The notes under the pieces are model-generated. The model did no database searches and had not been told where the DNA came from. It saw only the letters and a list, made by a program, of their open reading frames with translations. The position numbers and the translations under genes are program-made. Positions 1 to 9,315 of a stretch of DNA of 64,000 nt are shown piece by piece. Within the stretch, counting starts at the first letter, position 1. Each line of letters begins with the position of its first letter. Source of the DNA: an uncultured virus (IMG/VR IMGVR_UViG_3300046804_005083) (taxonomy: Duplodnaviria; Heunggongvirae; Uroviricota; Caudoviricetes); IMG/VR virus record IMGVR_UViG_3300046804_005083, positions 1 through 64,000 of that record, one strand, 5' to 3'.

Positions 1-317
1 CTGCAGCAATTAAAGAGTATACTCCTTATATTATTAATCGTTGTTTTTCTGGACATATTGATTGTGTTCTCTTTGCAAATGAGATGAATATTCATCACCA
101 TCTTGACAAAGATATGCAATATTCATTTTATCTAAATAGTCTTAGGAAAAGGAAGAGATTTTCTCCCTGGCTCCGTAAGGATAAAGTTACAGACTTAGAA
201 TGTGTCAAACGTTATTATGGTTATAGTAATGAAAAAGCATCTCAAGCTCTGAAGATCCTAAATAAGGAACAAATAAATTTCATTAAAAAACGACTTGACA
301 TTGGAGGAAAAAAATGA
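1..317 (+). CDS. gp62: Clamp loader small subunit (T4 gp62-like), 5'-truncated by window edge
   Basis: Open frame from nt 3 (YTPYIINRCFSGHIDCVLFANEMN...LRKRKRFSPW...YYGYSNEKA); lies immediately before regA as in T4-like phages. Confidence 0.9.
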   Translation, partial: AAIKEYTPYIINRCFSGHIDCVLFANEMNIHHHLDKDMQYSFYLNSLRKRKRFSPWLRKDKVTDLECVKRYYGYSNEKASQALKILNKEQINFIKKRLDIGGKK

Positions 318-751
318 CTACTACGGTAGAACCTACTGTTGAATGGTCTCAAGACCAAATGGTAGAGGTAATTCTTAATGAACCTGATGACTTTCTAAAA
401 GTTCGTGAGACTTTAACTCGTATCGGAGTTGCTTCAAGAAAGGAAAAGAAAATCTATCAATCTTGCCATATTCTTCACAAGCAAGGTAGATATTACATCG
501 TTCATTTTAAAGAACTATTTGCCCTTGATGGCAAACATGCAAATCTTACAGTGAATGATGTTCAAAGACGTAATCGTATTGCTCGTCTTCTTGCGGATTG
601 GGGTTTGATTACTGTTGTAAAACCAGATTCTGTTGCTGATATTGCTCCTCTGAATCAAATCAAAGTTCTTTCTTATAAAGATAAGAGTGATTGGATTCTT
701 GAGCAGAAATATAACATTGGTAAAAAGGGAAAGGTTCAGGAAACCGAATGA
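314..751 (+). CDS. regA: Translational repressor RegA
   Basis: PDDFLKVRETLTRIGVAS...QSCHILHKQGRYYIVHFKELFALDG motifs. Confidence 0.95.
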   Translation: MTTTVEPTVEWSQDQMVEVILNEPDDFLKVRETLTRIGVASRKEKKIYQSCHILHKQGRYYIVHFKELFALDGKHANLTVNDVQRRNRIARLLADWGLITVVKPDSVADIAPLNQIKVLSYKDKSDWILEQKYNIGKKGKVQETE

Positions 752-757
752 TTTTGT

Positions 758-782
758 AGGGAGTTCAACACTCCCTTTTTTT
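758..782 (+). terminator. Intrinsic terminator after regA
   Basis: agggagt-tcaac-actccct followed by a T run. Confidence 0.75.
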
Positions 783-804
783 GTATTTGTTGTATAATTA
801 ATAT

Positions 805-858
805 TGGATGCCATAAGGGTCCACAAAACACAAACTCGCTTTAAAAGGAGCTACCATA
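805..858 (+). promoter_or_regulatory. Candidate ROSE-like RNA thermometer in the hsp20 5' UTR
   Basis: CUCGCU (835-840) can pair with SD AGGAG (846-850) with a bulged G; upstream hairpin at 805-823. Confidence 0.5.
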
Positions 859-1293
859 ATGACTAACATTGCACGTTATACTGCTGCGGATCTTCCTACT
901 CTGATGGATAAGATTACCAAAAACAGTATTGGATTGGATGAATATTTTGATCGTATTTTCAGTCTTCATGAAACGACTTCTAACTATCCTCCATATAATC
1001 TGGTTCAAGTTAGTAATGTAGAATCTAGACTGGAACTTGCACTTGCTGGATTTAAAAAGAATGAAGTATATGTTTACACTCAAGACGGTAAACTGTTTAT
1101 TGAGGGTCAAAAAGAAGATAAGGAAACAGATACCAAGTATGTTCACAAAGGTTTGGCTCAAAGGTCATTTACACGTTCATGGACACTCTCTGACGACACG
1201 GAAGTTAGATCGGTTGATTTTGAAGATGGTCTTTTGACAGTGACTCTTGGTAGAATTGTTCCTGAGCATCATAAGAGAAAAGATTATCTCTAA
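859..1293 (+). CDS. hsp20: Small heat shock protein Hsp20
   Basis: NYPPYN, ALAGF, HKGLAQRSFTRSW and DGLLTV alpha-crystallin motifs. Confidence 0.95.
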   Translation: MTNIARYTAADLPTLMDKITKNSIGLDEYFDRIFSLHETTSNYPPYNLVQVSNVESRLELALAGFKKNEVYVYTQDGKLFIEGQKEDKETDTKYVHKGLAQRSFTRSWTLSDDTEVRSVDFEDGLLTVTLGRIVPEHHKRKDYL

Positions 1294-1305
1294 ATAAAAA
1301 TAAAA

Positions 1306-1467
1306 ATGAAAACTTTCCAGGAATTTGTTTCTATTATTAAAGAAATGAAAGGTGATTATGGATCTGGAGTTAAACCATCAAAACCAAAATGTGGTTCAGA
1401 AGGAACCACATCATATGCGATGCTTCCTGGAAAGAAAGTTTGCAAGTTTCACAGAAAACGTGAGTGA
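1306..1467 (+). CDS. 53-aa protein with capsid-targeting-like N-terminus (MKTFQEF)
   Basis: Manually read ORF MKTFQEFVSIIKEMKGDYG...KRE*, preceded by late-type CTAAATA. Confidence 0.6.
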   Translation: MKTFQEFVSIIKEMKGDYGSGVKPSKPKCGSEGTTSYAMLPGKKVCKFHRKRE

Positions 1468-1494
1468 TAAATAAAATTGAATATCGTCGGCGCA

Positions 1495-1547
1495 GAGGAG
1501 CACCTGGCAAAAACCAGGTTGACTCCTCCTTTTTTTGTTGCTAGAAT
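1495..1547 (+). promoter_or_regulatory. Terminator hairpin with embedded sigma70-type promoter
   Basis: gaggag..cctgg/ccagg..ctcctc + T tract; TTGACT(1519-24)-17 nt-TAGAAT(1542-47). Confidence 0.65.
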
Positions 1548-1568
1548 AGTAGGAGGCACGGAGTAAAA

Positions 1569-1964
1569 ATGACTGTAAAACTGGTTTTGTTAAAATCTGG
1601 AGAAGATATTATTACAGATCTTCAAGAAATGGTTATTCCTGTAAAAAATCAAGAAGAAATTGAGGAAAAGGTTGTTGGATATTTCTTCAATAAACCTTGT
1701 ATTATAAGCATGAAATCTCCAGAAATTATTGTAGAAACTGATGATATGCCAGCACAAAATAAGATAGAAATTAAATTGAGTCCATGGATTCCTCTATCTA
1801 AAAGTGCTAAAGTTCCAGTTCCACCAGATTGGGTTGTCACTATTGTGGACCCTATTGATAAAGTTAAAGAAATGTATGAAAATCAAGTATTAGAGACTGA
1901 AAAAAATGAAACCAATCAAGATATTAGTATTGACCAACAATCTGATTCTGATCAGTCAGATTGA
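1569..1964 (+). CDS. Conserved cyanophage hypothetical protein
   Basis: KLVLLKSGEDII...PWIPLS...DWVVTIVDP; typical gene upstream of gp43; SD GGAG. Confidence 0.7.
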   Translation: MTVKLVLLKSGEDIITDLQEMVIPVKNQEEIEEKVVGYFFNKPCIISMKSPEIIVETDDMPAQNKIEIKLSPWIPLSKSAKVPVPPDWVVTIVDPIDKVKEMYENQVLETEKNETNQDISIDQQSDSDQSD

Positions 1965-2163
1965 AGAAGTTTCTTCCGAACTTGGAGAACCTGATTGTAA
2001 ATTAATTAAACCTTTTGTAATTGGAAAGGAAAGGACATTGGAACCTTTTCTATGCGAATATACTAAACAGGACACATTTATGATGAGTTCTGATAAGATT
2101 CTTACACTTGCTACTGCAACTCCAACTCTTCTTGAAAAATACGAGGACTTAATTAAAGAATGA
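1906..2163 (+). CDS. Conserved cyanophage hypothetical protein
   Basis: ELGEPDCKLIKPF motif; overlaps the gp43 start (ATGA). Confidence 0.7.
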   Translation: MKPIKILVLTNNLILISQIEEVSSELGEPDCKLIKPFVIGKERTLEPFLCEYTKQDTFMMSSDKILTLATATPTLLEKYEDLIKE

Positions 2164-4655
2164 GATTTTATACTAATGTCCAGATGATTGGAAATCAATT
2201 TCTGGTTCGTGGATATGAAAATGGCAAACACGTCATGTTTAAAGAAGAGTACTTTCCTACTCTTTTTGTAAAATCAAATAAACCGACAAAATATAAAACA
2301 CTTGAGGGTGAATTTGTAGAAGCAGTTAATCCAGGTACAGTTCGGGATTGTCGTGATTTTTACAAAAAATATGATTCTGTAGATAACTTTAAAATCTATG
2401 GAAATGACAGATACATCTATCAATATATTTCTGATAAGTATCCTGACGATGAAATTAAGTTTGACATTAGTAAAATTAAACTAGCAACACTAGACATTGA
2501 GGTAGCATCGGAGAATGGATTTCCAGATCCTAAAAACTGCGATGAAGAAATTCTTTTGATTACTATTCAAGATTATAATACGAAGAAAATTACAACTTGG
2601 GGTACTAAACCCTATCAAAATACTAGAGAAGATGTAAAGTATATCTATTGCGAATCCGAGTATGCACTTTTAAATTCTTTCCTTCATACTTGGGAAAATA
2701 ATATCCCAGAAGTCATTACTGGGTGGAATATTCAATTCTATGATATTCCTTATATTTGTGGAAGATTGACAAAAGTTCTTGGAGAAAAACGAATGAAAAG
2801 TTTTTCTCCATGGGGACTTGTGACTGAAAATGAAGTCTGGGCAAACAATAGGCAGCAGATATGTATGGATGTTGGGGGTATTACTCAACTAGATTATCTT
2901 GATCTTTATAAGAAATTTACTTATACTGCACAAGAAACATATCGTCTTGACCATATTGCTTCAGTAGAACTTGGACAGAAAAAGCTTGATCACTCTGAGT
3001 TTGATACTTTCAAAGATTTCTACACTAAGGGTTGGAAAAAATTCGTAGACTATAACATCGTTGACGTAGAACTTGTTGACCGTTTGGAAGACAAGATGAA
3101 ACTGATTGAACTTGCGATTACGATGGCATATGACGCAAAGGTCAACTTTGCTGATGTGTTCTATCAAGTTCGTATGTGGGATAATATTATCTACACGTAT
3201 TTAAAGAAACGAGATATTGTTATTCCCCCTAAGGATAAATCGGAAAAGAGTGAAAAGTATGCTGGTGCATATGTAAAGGAACCTATTCCTGGAGTTTATG
3301 ATTGGGTTGTGAGTTTTGACTTGAACTCACTATATCCTCATTTGATCATGCAATATAATATTAGCCCAGAAACCTTGATGGACGAAAGGCACCCATCCGT
3401 AAATGTGGATAAAATTCTAAACAAACAGATTACCTTTGAAATGTATAAGGATTATGCTGTATGTGCTAATGGGGCAATGTTCCGCAAAGATGTTCGTGGA
3501 TTTCTTCCTGAGTTGATGGAGAAGATCTACAATGAACGTGTCATTTTCAAAAAGAAAATGCTTGCTGCTGAGCAAGAGTATGAGAAGACAAAGAACAAGC
3601 AGTTAGTAAAAGAGATTGCACGGTGCAATAATATTCAGATGGCACGTAAGATTCAACTTAACTCTGCTTATGGTGCTATTGGTAATCAGTATTTTCGTTA
3701 TTACAAACTAGAAAATGCTGAAGCAATTACTCTTTCTGGGCAGGTATCCATTCAATGGATCATGAATAAGATGAATTCTTATTTGAATAAAATTCTTAAG
3801 ACAGGAAATGTAGATTATGTTATTGCTTCTGATACCGACTCTCTTTATGTTAATATGGGTCCTCTGGTTGAGAGTGTATTCAAGGGAAGAGAGAAAACTA
3901 CTGAAAGCATTGTCTCATTCCTTGATAAGGTCTGTCAGATGGAATTTGAAAAGTATATTGAAAGTTCTTACCAAGAATTGGCTGAGTATGTAAATGCCTA
4001 TGATCAGAAAATGTTCATGAAACGTGAATGTATTTCTGAACGTGGAATTTGGACAGCAAAGAAAAGATATATTTTAAGTGTCTGGGACAGTGAAGGTGTT
4101 CGTTATGAAGAACCTAAACTAAAGATCAAAGGTATTGAAGCAATCAAATCATCTACTCCTGCTCCTTGTAGGAAAATGTTGAAAGATTCATTTAAGATTA
4201 TGATGACTGGAACTGAAACTGATATGATCAATTATATTGATAAATGCAGATCGGAATTTAATAAATTCCCTCCAGAAGACATTTCATTTCCTCGATCAGC
4301 TTCAGATGTTCGTAAATATCAATCTTCTTCTGACATATATTCAAAAGGAACTCCAATACATATCAGGGGATGTATCTTGTTCAATCATTATATTAAGGAC
4401 AAAAAACTAACAAAGAAATATTCTTTGATTCAGAATGGAGAAAAGATCAAGTTTTGCTATCTTAAGAAACCAAATCCAATTCATGAGAATGTAATCTCTT
4501 TCATTCAAGATTTTCCAAAAGAACTTGCCATAACTCAATATGTTGATTATGATACGCAGTTTGAGAAGGGATTTCTTGAACCACTTAAAACAATTCTAAA
4601 TGCAATTGGATGGAATTGTGAAAGAAAAATGACCCTTGATTCTTTCTTCATGTGA
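2160..4655 (+). CDS. gp43: Family B DNA polymerase (gp43)
   Basis: ExoI DIEV, SFDLNSLYPH, KIQLNSAYG, SDTDS motifs. Confidence 0.97.
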   Translation: MRFYTNVQMIGNQFLVRGYENGKHVMFKEEYFPTLFVKSNKPTKYKTLEGEFVEAVNPGTVRDCRDFYKKYDSVDNFKIYGNDRYIYQYISDKYPDDEIKFDISKIKLATLDIEVASENGFPDPKNCDEEILLITIQDYNTKKITTWGTKPYQNTREDVKYIYCESEYALLNSFLHTWENNIPEVITGWNIQFYDIPYICGRLTKVLGEKRMKSFSPWGLVTENEVWANNRQQICMDVGGITQLDYLDLYKKFTYTAQETYRLDHIASVELGQKKLDHSEFDTFKDFYTKGWKKFVDYNIVDVELVDRLEDKMKLIELAITMAYDAKVNFADVFYQVRMWDNIIYTYLKKRDIVIPPKDKSEKSEKYAGAYVKEPIPGVYDWVVSFDLNSLYPHLIMQYNISPETLMDERHPSVNVDKILNKQITFEMYKDYAVCANGAMFRKDVRGFLPELMEKIYNERVIFKKKMLAAEQEYEKTKNKQLVKEIARCNNIQMARKIQLNSAYGAIGNQYFRYYKLENAEAITLSGQVSIQWIMNKMNSYLNKILKTGNVDYVIASDTDSLYVNMGPLVESVFKGREKTTESIVSFLDKVCQMEFEKYIESSYQELAEYVNAYDQKMFMKRECISERGIWTAKKRYILSVWDSEGVRYEEPKLKIKGIEAIKSSTPAPCRKMLKDSFKIMMTGTETDMINYIDKCRSEFNKFPPEDISFPRSASDVRKYQSSSDIYSKGTPIHIRGCILFNHYIKDKKLTKKYSLIQNGEKIKFCYLKKPNPIHENVISFIQDFPKELAITQYVDYDTQFEKGFLEPLKTILNAIGWNCERKMTLDSFFM

Positions 4656-4685
4656 TGTTATACTGATTTTATAGGTAAAAATTTT

Positions 4686-5693
4686 ATGGATTTTCTTAAA
4701 GACATTGTAAAAGAAATTGGTGACGATTACACCAAACTCGCATCTGACATTGATGAAACAGAAACTTATGTTGACACAGGTTCGTATATTTTTAATGCAC
4801 TGGTTTCAGGTAGTATTTTTGGTGGTGTATCTGGGAATAAGATTACTGCTATTGCTGGAGAGTCTTCTACTGGAAAGACTTTCTTCAGCCTCGCCGTTGT
4901 TAAGAATTTTCTTAATAATAATCCCGATGGTTATTGTCTCTACTTTGATACTGAGGCTGCCATTACTAAATCTCTCTTAGAAAGTCGTGGAGTTGACACA
5001 TCAAGGATTGTTGTGGTTAACGTTGTCACTGTAGAAGAGTTTCGCACTAAGGCACTTAAAGCGGTTGATCTTTATATGAAGAAACCTGAGGAAGAACGTA
5101 GTCCGTGCATGTTCGTTCTTGATTCTTTGGGGATGCTCTCTACAAGTAAAGAAATTAATGATGCACTGAATGAAAAGGAAGTTAGAGATATGACTAAATC
5201 TCAACTTATTAAAGGTGCTTTCCGAATGCTAACACTTAAACTAGGTCAAGCAAATGTTCCACTTATTGTCACAAATCATACATACGATGTCATCGGAGCT
5301 TACGTACCAACGAAAGAAATGGGAGGAGGTTCTGGACTCAAATACGCAGCAAGTACGATCATTTATCTCAGCAAAAAGAAAGAAAAAGATGGAACAGAAG
5401 TGGTCGGAAATATTATCAAGGCTAAGACTGCTAAATCACGTCTGAGTAAAGAAAACAAAGATGTAGAAATTCGTTTGTTTTATGATGAACGTGGTCTTGA
5501 TCGTTATTATGGTCTTCTTGAACTTGGTGAAATTGGTGGACTATGGAAAAATGTAGCAGGACGTTATGAGATTGATGGTAAAAAACTTTATGCTAAACAG
5601 ATTCTGAAAGAACCTGAAGTATATTTCACTGAAGAAGTAATGCAACAATTGGACGAAATCGCACGTAAGGAATTTAGTTATGGAGAAAGTTGA
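4686..5693 (+). CDS. uvsX: RecA-like recombinase UvsX
   Basis: GESSTGKT Walker A, FVLDSLG, MGGGSGLKYAAS. Confidence 0.95.
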   Translation: MDFLKDIVKEIGDDYTKLASDIDETETYVDTGSYIFNALVSGSIFGGVSGNKITAIAGESSTGKTFFSLAVVKNFLNNNPDGYCLYFDTEAAITKSLLESRGVDTSRIVVVNVVTVEEFRTKALKAVDLYMKKPEEERSPCMFVLDSLGMLSTSKEINDALNEKEVRDMTKSQLIKGAFRMLTLKLGQANVPLIVTNHTYDVIGAYVPTKEMGGGSGLKYAASTIIYLSKKKEKDGTEVVGNIIKAKTAKSRLSKENKDVEIRLFYDERGLDRYYGLLELGEIGGLWKNVAGRYEIDGKKLYAKQILKEPEVYFTEEVMQQLDEIARKEFSYGES

Positions 5694-7011
5694 GTTTCTA
5701 ATTCTTAGAAACCTATTGCATAATGAGGAGTTTATTAGGAAAGTACTTCCATTTTTAAAATCAGAATATTTTGAAGATCAAAATCAAAAAATTGTATTTG
5801 AAGAGATTTCTTCTTTTGTTCAACAATACAACCAACTAGCAACTAAAGAAGTTCTTTTTATTGAAGTAGAAAAAAGAAAAGACATCAACGAATCTTCTTT
5901 TAAAGAAGTTTCTCATTTAATTGATTGTTTGGACAACGTTGTAGTTGAATTAGAATGGTTGACAACTACAACAGAAAAGTGGTGTCGTGACCGTGCCATT
6001 TATTTGGCATTGATGGAATCTATTCATATTGCTGATGGCAAGGATGAAAAGAAAAGTAGAGATAGTATTCCTTCAATTCTTTCTGATGCACTTGCAGTAA
6101 GTTTTGATAATCATGTTGGACATGATTATTTGCTTGATTATGAAAAAAGATATGAAGCATATCATAAAAAGGAGGATAAAATTGAATTTGATCTGGAATA
6201 CTTTAACAAAATTACCAAAGGTGGTCTCCCTAACAAAACTCTTAATATCGCTCTTGCTGGTACGGGTGTCGGCAAATCTCTATTCATGTGCCACGTTGCT
6301 AGCTCCGTCTTGTTGCAAGGACGGAACGTTTTGTACATTACGTTGGAAATGGCGGAAGAACGAATTGCTGAACGAATTGACGCAAATCTCTTGAATGTTC
6401 CTATTCAAGATATTGTAGATTTGCCAAAACAAATGTTTGAGAACAAGGTCAACAACCTTGCAAAGAAAACTCAAGGATCACTTATAATTAAGGAATATCC
6501 AACTGCTTCAGCACATGCAGGACATTTTAAAGCACTTCTTAATGAACTTGCACTTAAGAAGTCATTTAGACCTGATATTATTTTTATTGATTACCTTAAT
6601 ATTTGTGCTTCCTCTAGGTATAAGGGAAATCTTTCTGTTAATTCTTATTCGTATATTAAAGCAATTGCAGAGGAACTTAGAGGACTCGCCGTGGAGTTTA
6701 ATGTCCCGATTGTCTCCGCTACTCAGACCACTCGTTCAGGGTATTGCTTGGACTTGAAAACACAAGTTCAAACACCGCAAGGTATGAAAGAACTTTCAAA
6801 TATTCAAGTTGGAGATTTGGTGCTTTCTAATACTGGTTATAATGAAGTTCTAAATGTCTTTCCAAAATCTAAAAAGAAATCTTATAAGATTACTTTGGAT
6901 GATGGTAAAGAAATCATTTGTAGTGAAGAACATTTGTTCCCAACTCAAAATGGTGAAGTGAATATCAAAGGGGGTTTGAAAGAAGGTATGTGTCTTTATG
7001 TAAAGGAATAG
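5680..7011 (+). CDS. gp41: Replicative helicase gp41, N-terminal half (355 aa) fused to split intein N-fragment (88 aa)
   Basis: AGTGVGKS Walker A and IFIDY Walker B; extein ends TRSGY, then intein block A CLDLKTQV starts at 6745. Confidence 0.95.
   Translation: MEKVEFLILRNLLHNEEFIRKVLPFLKSEYFEDQNQKIVFEEISSFVQQYNQLATKEVLFIEVEKRKDINESSFKEVSHLIDCLDNVVVELEWLTTTTEKWCRDRAIYLALMESIHIADGKDEKKSRDSIPSILSDALAVSFDNHVGHDYLLDYEKRYEAYHKKEDKIEFDLEYFNKITKGGLPNKTLNIALAGTGVGKSLFMCHVASSVLLQGRNVLYITLEMAEERIAERIDANLLNVPIQDIVDLPKQMFENKVNNLAKKTQGSLIIKEYPTASAHAGHFKALLNELALKKSFRPDIIFIDYLNICASSRYKGNLSVNSYSYIKAIAEELRGLAVEFNVPIVSATQTTRSGYCLDLKTQVQTPQGMKELSNIQVGDLVLSNTGYNEVLNVFPKSKKKSYKITLDDGKEIICSEEHLFPTQNGEVNIKGGLKEGMCLYVKE
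6745..7008 (+). mobile_element. Split intein N-fragment, gp41-1-like
   Basis: Cys1 start CLDLKTQVQTPQG, block B CSEEHLF, 88 aa; closely matches gp41-1 IntN as recalled. Confidence 0.93.
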
Positions 7012-7016
7012 TATGT

Positions 7017-7056
7017 GTAAGTTCTACTTCTTATAAATAATAGTAGTATAACTTAC
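7017..7056 (+). promoter_or_regulatory. T4-type late promoter inside a hairpin upstream of the endonuclease
   Basis: TATAAATA at 7032-39 in the loop of gtaagtt-ctact/agtag-aacttac. Confidence 0.7.
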
Positions 7057-7060
7057 TGAT

Positions 7061-7726
7061 ATGAAAGTAAAGATTTATTTGATTACCAACACAGCAGTCA
7101 ATCCACATATGTATTATGTTGGATTGACTAAAAATGAATTAAATAGAAGATTACAAGAACATATTACTCTTGGAAGGCACGAAGGAAATAAACTTCTGTC
7201 TGATGCTATTATTGAATATGGTAAAAGAAACTTTACTATTGAGGTAATAGAAGAAGTTGATGAGAGTGAAGCAAGAATAAAAGAAGATTATTATATTCGC
7301 AAATATAAATCTCATTATAGAGATGGGTGTGGATATAATATGAAATATGAAACTTGCAATCATGAGAAACACTATCACGGAGCAAATCAAGAACTAATAG
7401 AAGAGAATATTAGAAATGGTAGGGTGTGGAACTATGGAATAAGTTTTTCTACACAATCAAAAGAAAAAATGAGAAAAACTAAAAAACATAGATACTCTCT
7501 TGGTCTTTATACTAAATTTAATACAAACCATACACAAGAAACAAAAGATAAAATATCAGAAAGTAAAAGAGGACAAAAACTTACAGAGGAACATAAAAAT
7601 AATATTTCTAAATCTTCTGTTGGTAGAACTTGGATTTATAATCCAGAGTTAGATGAAAGAAAGTTTGTAAAACAGGATGAGTTGGAAATGTTCTTGGAAA
7701 GTGGTTGGAAGAAAGGTAGGTTATAA
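7061..7726 (+). CDS. Free-standing GIY-YIG homing endonuclease (Seg-like) with NUMOD3-type repeats
   Basis: KIYLITN...YYVGLT...RLQEH...E...GYN; HTQETKDKISES and LTEEHKNNISKS repeats; located between the split-gene halves. Confidence 0.88.
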   Translation: MKVKIYLITNTAVNPHMYYVGLTKNELNRRLQEHITLGRHEGNKLLSDAIIEYGKRNFTIEVIEEVDESEARIKEDYYIRKYKSHYRDGCGYNMKYETCNHEKHYHGANQELIEENIRNGRVWNYGISFSTQSKEKMRKTKKHRYSLGLYTKFNTNHTQETKDKISESKRGQKLTEEHKNNISKSSVGRTWIYNPELDERKFVKQDELEMFLESGWKKGRL

Positions 7727-7751
7727 ATAAACTTATAGTGTAAAAAAAAAG

Positions 7752-8195
7752 ATGGACGCACAAAATTTTCGTGGGATTCAAGAAGCATATATGGAAGTTG
7801 TTAGTAACAATAATGAGTTGAGTGAAATGTCTTATAAAAAACTTCCTGTCGGCAAAATGATGAGAAAAGTTGAATATAGGGCAGAAAGAGAAGCAGATAC
7901 GAGAGCAGATGCAGAAACAGCAGACACAACTGCTTTTATGAGTCATAATCGGGCATTAAGAGCACACAAACGCGCAGAAAGAAATAAAGAAAGAAGCAAT
8001 AGAATGATAAATGTTGCTGATACTCATAGTAAGAAAGCAGCAAAGGCAAAATCAAAACTTAAAAAAGAACAAGTAGACCTATACGACATCATTCTTTCGC
8101 ACCTTCTTGATGAAGGATATGCTGAAACACCAGAAGCAGCAGAAGCAATTATGGTGAATATGAGTGAAGAGTGGAGAGATAGTATTATTGGTTGA
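7752..8195 (+). CDS. Late hypothetical protein with the shared C-terminal 'LYD..L..EGYA..MSEEW' module
   Basis: TATAAATA at ~7722; C-terminal module also present in 9860..11026. Confidence 0.75.
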   Translation: MDAQNFRGIQEAYMEVVSNNNELSEMSYKKLPVGKMMRKVEYRAEREADTRADAETADTTAFMSHNRALRAHKRAERNKERSNRMINVADTHSKKAAKAKSKLKKEQVDLYDIILSHLLDEGYAETPEAAEAIMVNMSEEWRDSIIG

Positions 8196-8216
8196 TAAAA
8201 TCATAAAATCTTTCTC

Positions 8217-8256
8217 AACCACTCACCTTGCTTTTGGTGAGTGGTTTTGTTATAAT
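8217..8256 (+). promoter_or_regulatory. Hairpin/terminator with embedded sigma70-type promoter driving the gp41 C-half
   Basis: aaccactcacc/ggtgagtggtt stem; TTGCTT(8228-33)-17 nt-TATAAT(8251-56). Confidence 0.65.
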
Positions 8257-8275
8257 GTGAATAGGTAAAAACTCT

Positions 8276-8386
8276 ATGATGCTGAAAAAAATTCTAAAAA
8301 TTGAAGAACTTGATGAAAGAGAACTTATAGATATTGAAGTGTCTGGAAATCATTTGTTCTATGCGAATGCTATTCTCACACATAAT
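8276..8386 (+). mobile_element. Split intein C-fragment, gp41-1-like
   Basis: Block F DIEVSGNHLFYAN and terminal His-Asn followed by Ser. Confidence 0.93.
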
Positions 8387-8698
8387 AGTAGTTCTGATGT
8401 TGAACTTACTGATACTAGTGAGTCCTTTGGTCTCCCTGCTACTGCTGATCTTATGTTTGCCCTTATTAGTACAGAAGAGTTGGAAGGGATGGGACAAATA
8501 CTTGTGAAGCAACTTAAAAATCGTTATAATGATCCAACAATTTTCAAGAGATTTGTTCTTGGAATTGACAGAGCAAAAATGCGTCTTTATGATTGCGAAC
8601 AATCTGCACAAGATAATATACTTGACTCTGGACAAGAAGGAGAGTATGATTATGAAGAAAGAAAACCTAAAAAATCATTTGAAGGATTTAAATTCTAA
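8276..8698 (+). CDS. gp41: Split intein C-fragment (37 aa) fused to gp41 C-terminal half (103 aa)
   Basis: MMLKKILKIEELDERELIDIEVSGNHLFYANAILTHN then S+1 extein SSSDVELTDTSESFGLPATAD...KQLKNRY. Confidence 0.95.
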   Translation: MMLKKILKIEELDERELIDIEVSGNHLFYANAILTHNSSSDVELTDTSESFGLPATADLMFALISTEELEGMGQILVKQLKNRYNDPTIFKRFVLGIDRAKMRLYDCEQSAQDNILDSGQEGEYDYEERKPKKSFEGFKF

Positions 8699-8699
8699 T

Positions 8700-9113
8700 A
8701 TGACACAAGTTATTGATACAAACAAATATATTGAATTCGTTCGTCAAACTACAAGTCCTGCAAGTAGTGATCTAGCACAACTTCTTGCTCGTATTACTGA
8801 ACTTGAAGCACGGGATGATGCTGATGTTCCTCGTCTTCTGACTGCTGCTCTTGGTATGAGTGCTGAGGCAGGTGAGTTTACTGAGGTTGTCAAAAAAATC
8901 ATCCTTCAAGGCAAACCTTATAATGAAGAAAATTCTTTTCACCTGAAACGTGAACTTGGTGACATCTGTTGGTATCTTTCTCAGGCATTTATGGCACTTG
9001 ATACTAACTTTGAAGAGATTCTTCAGATGAACTATGAGAAACTGAGTGCTCGTTATCCAGAGGGAACGTTTGACGTATGGAGGAGTGAAAATCGTGTGGA
9101 GGGAGACCTGTGA
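8700..9113 (+). CDS. mazG: MazG-like nucleoside triphosphate pyrophosphohydrolase
   Basis: GMSAEAGEFTEVVKK...KRELGDICWY...NYEKLSARYP; true start probably ATG 8700. Confidence 0.9.
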   Translation: MTQVIDTNKYIEFVRQTTSPASSDLAQLLARITELEARDDADVPRLLTAALGMSAEAGEFTEVVKKIILQGKPYNEENSFHLKRELGDICWYLSQAFMALDTNFEEILQMNYEKLSARYPEGTFDVWRSENRVEGDL

Positions 9114-9295
9114 GTAAAGAAAAACAAGTAACAATTAAAATGGATGCTCGTCAAGCAGCAGCAGTTCGTCAAATTCTTTTTGAGGCGCAAAAAGGATACA
9201 CTTATGATGAAGTGAGTGTTCCTCCTCGTATTGCTGATGTTCGTTCTGTAATCCAAACTCTTGATGATAATATTGGTGCAGTTCTGGGTATTTGA
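9110..9295 (+). CDS. Hypothetical protein
   Basis: GTG start overlapping the mazG stop, with GGAG SD. Confidence 0.65.
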   Translation: MSKEKQVTIKMDARQAAAVRQILFEAQKGYTYDEVSVPPRIADVRSVIQTLDDNIGAVLGI

Positions 9296-9315
9296 TAAAT
9301 ACTTAGAAAACGACA

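Noticed and set aside
8529..8699. N-terminal extension of mazG in the ORF track
   Set aside because: Overlaps the gp41 C-half in another frame; the MazG-like sequence begins at ATG 8700.
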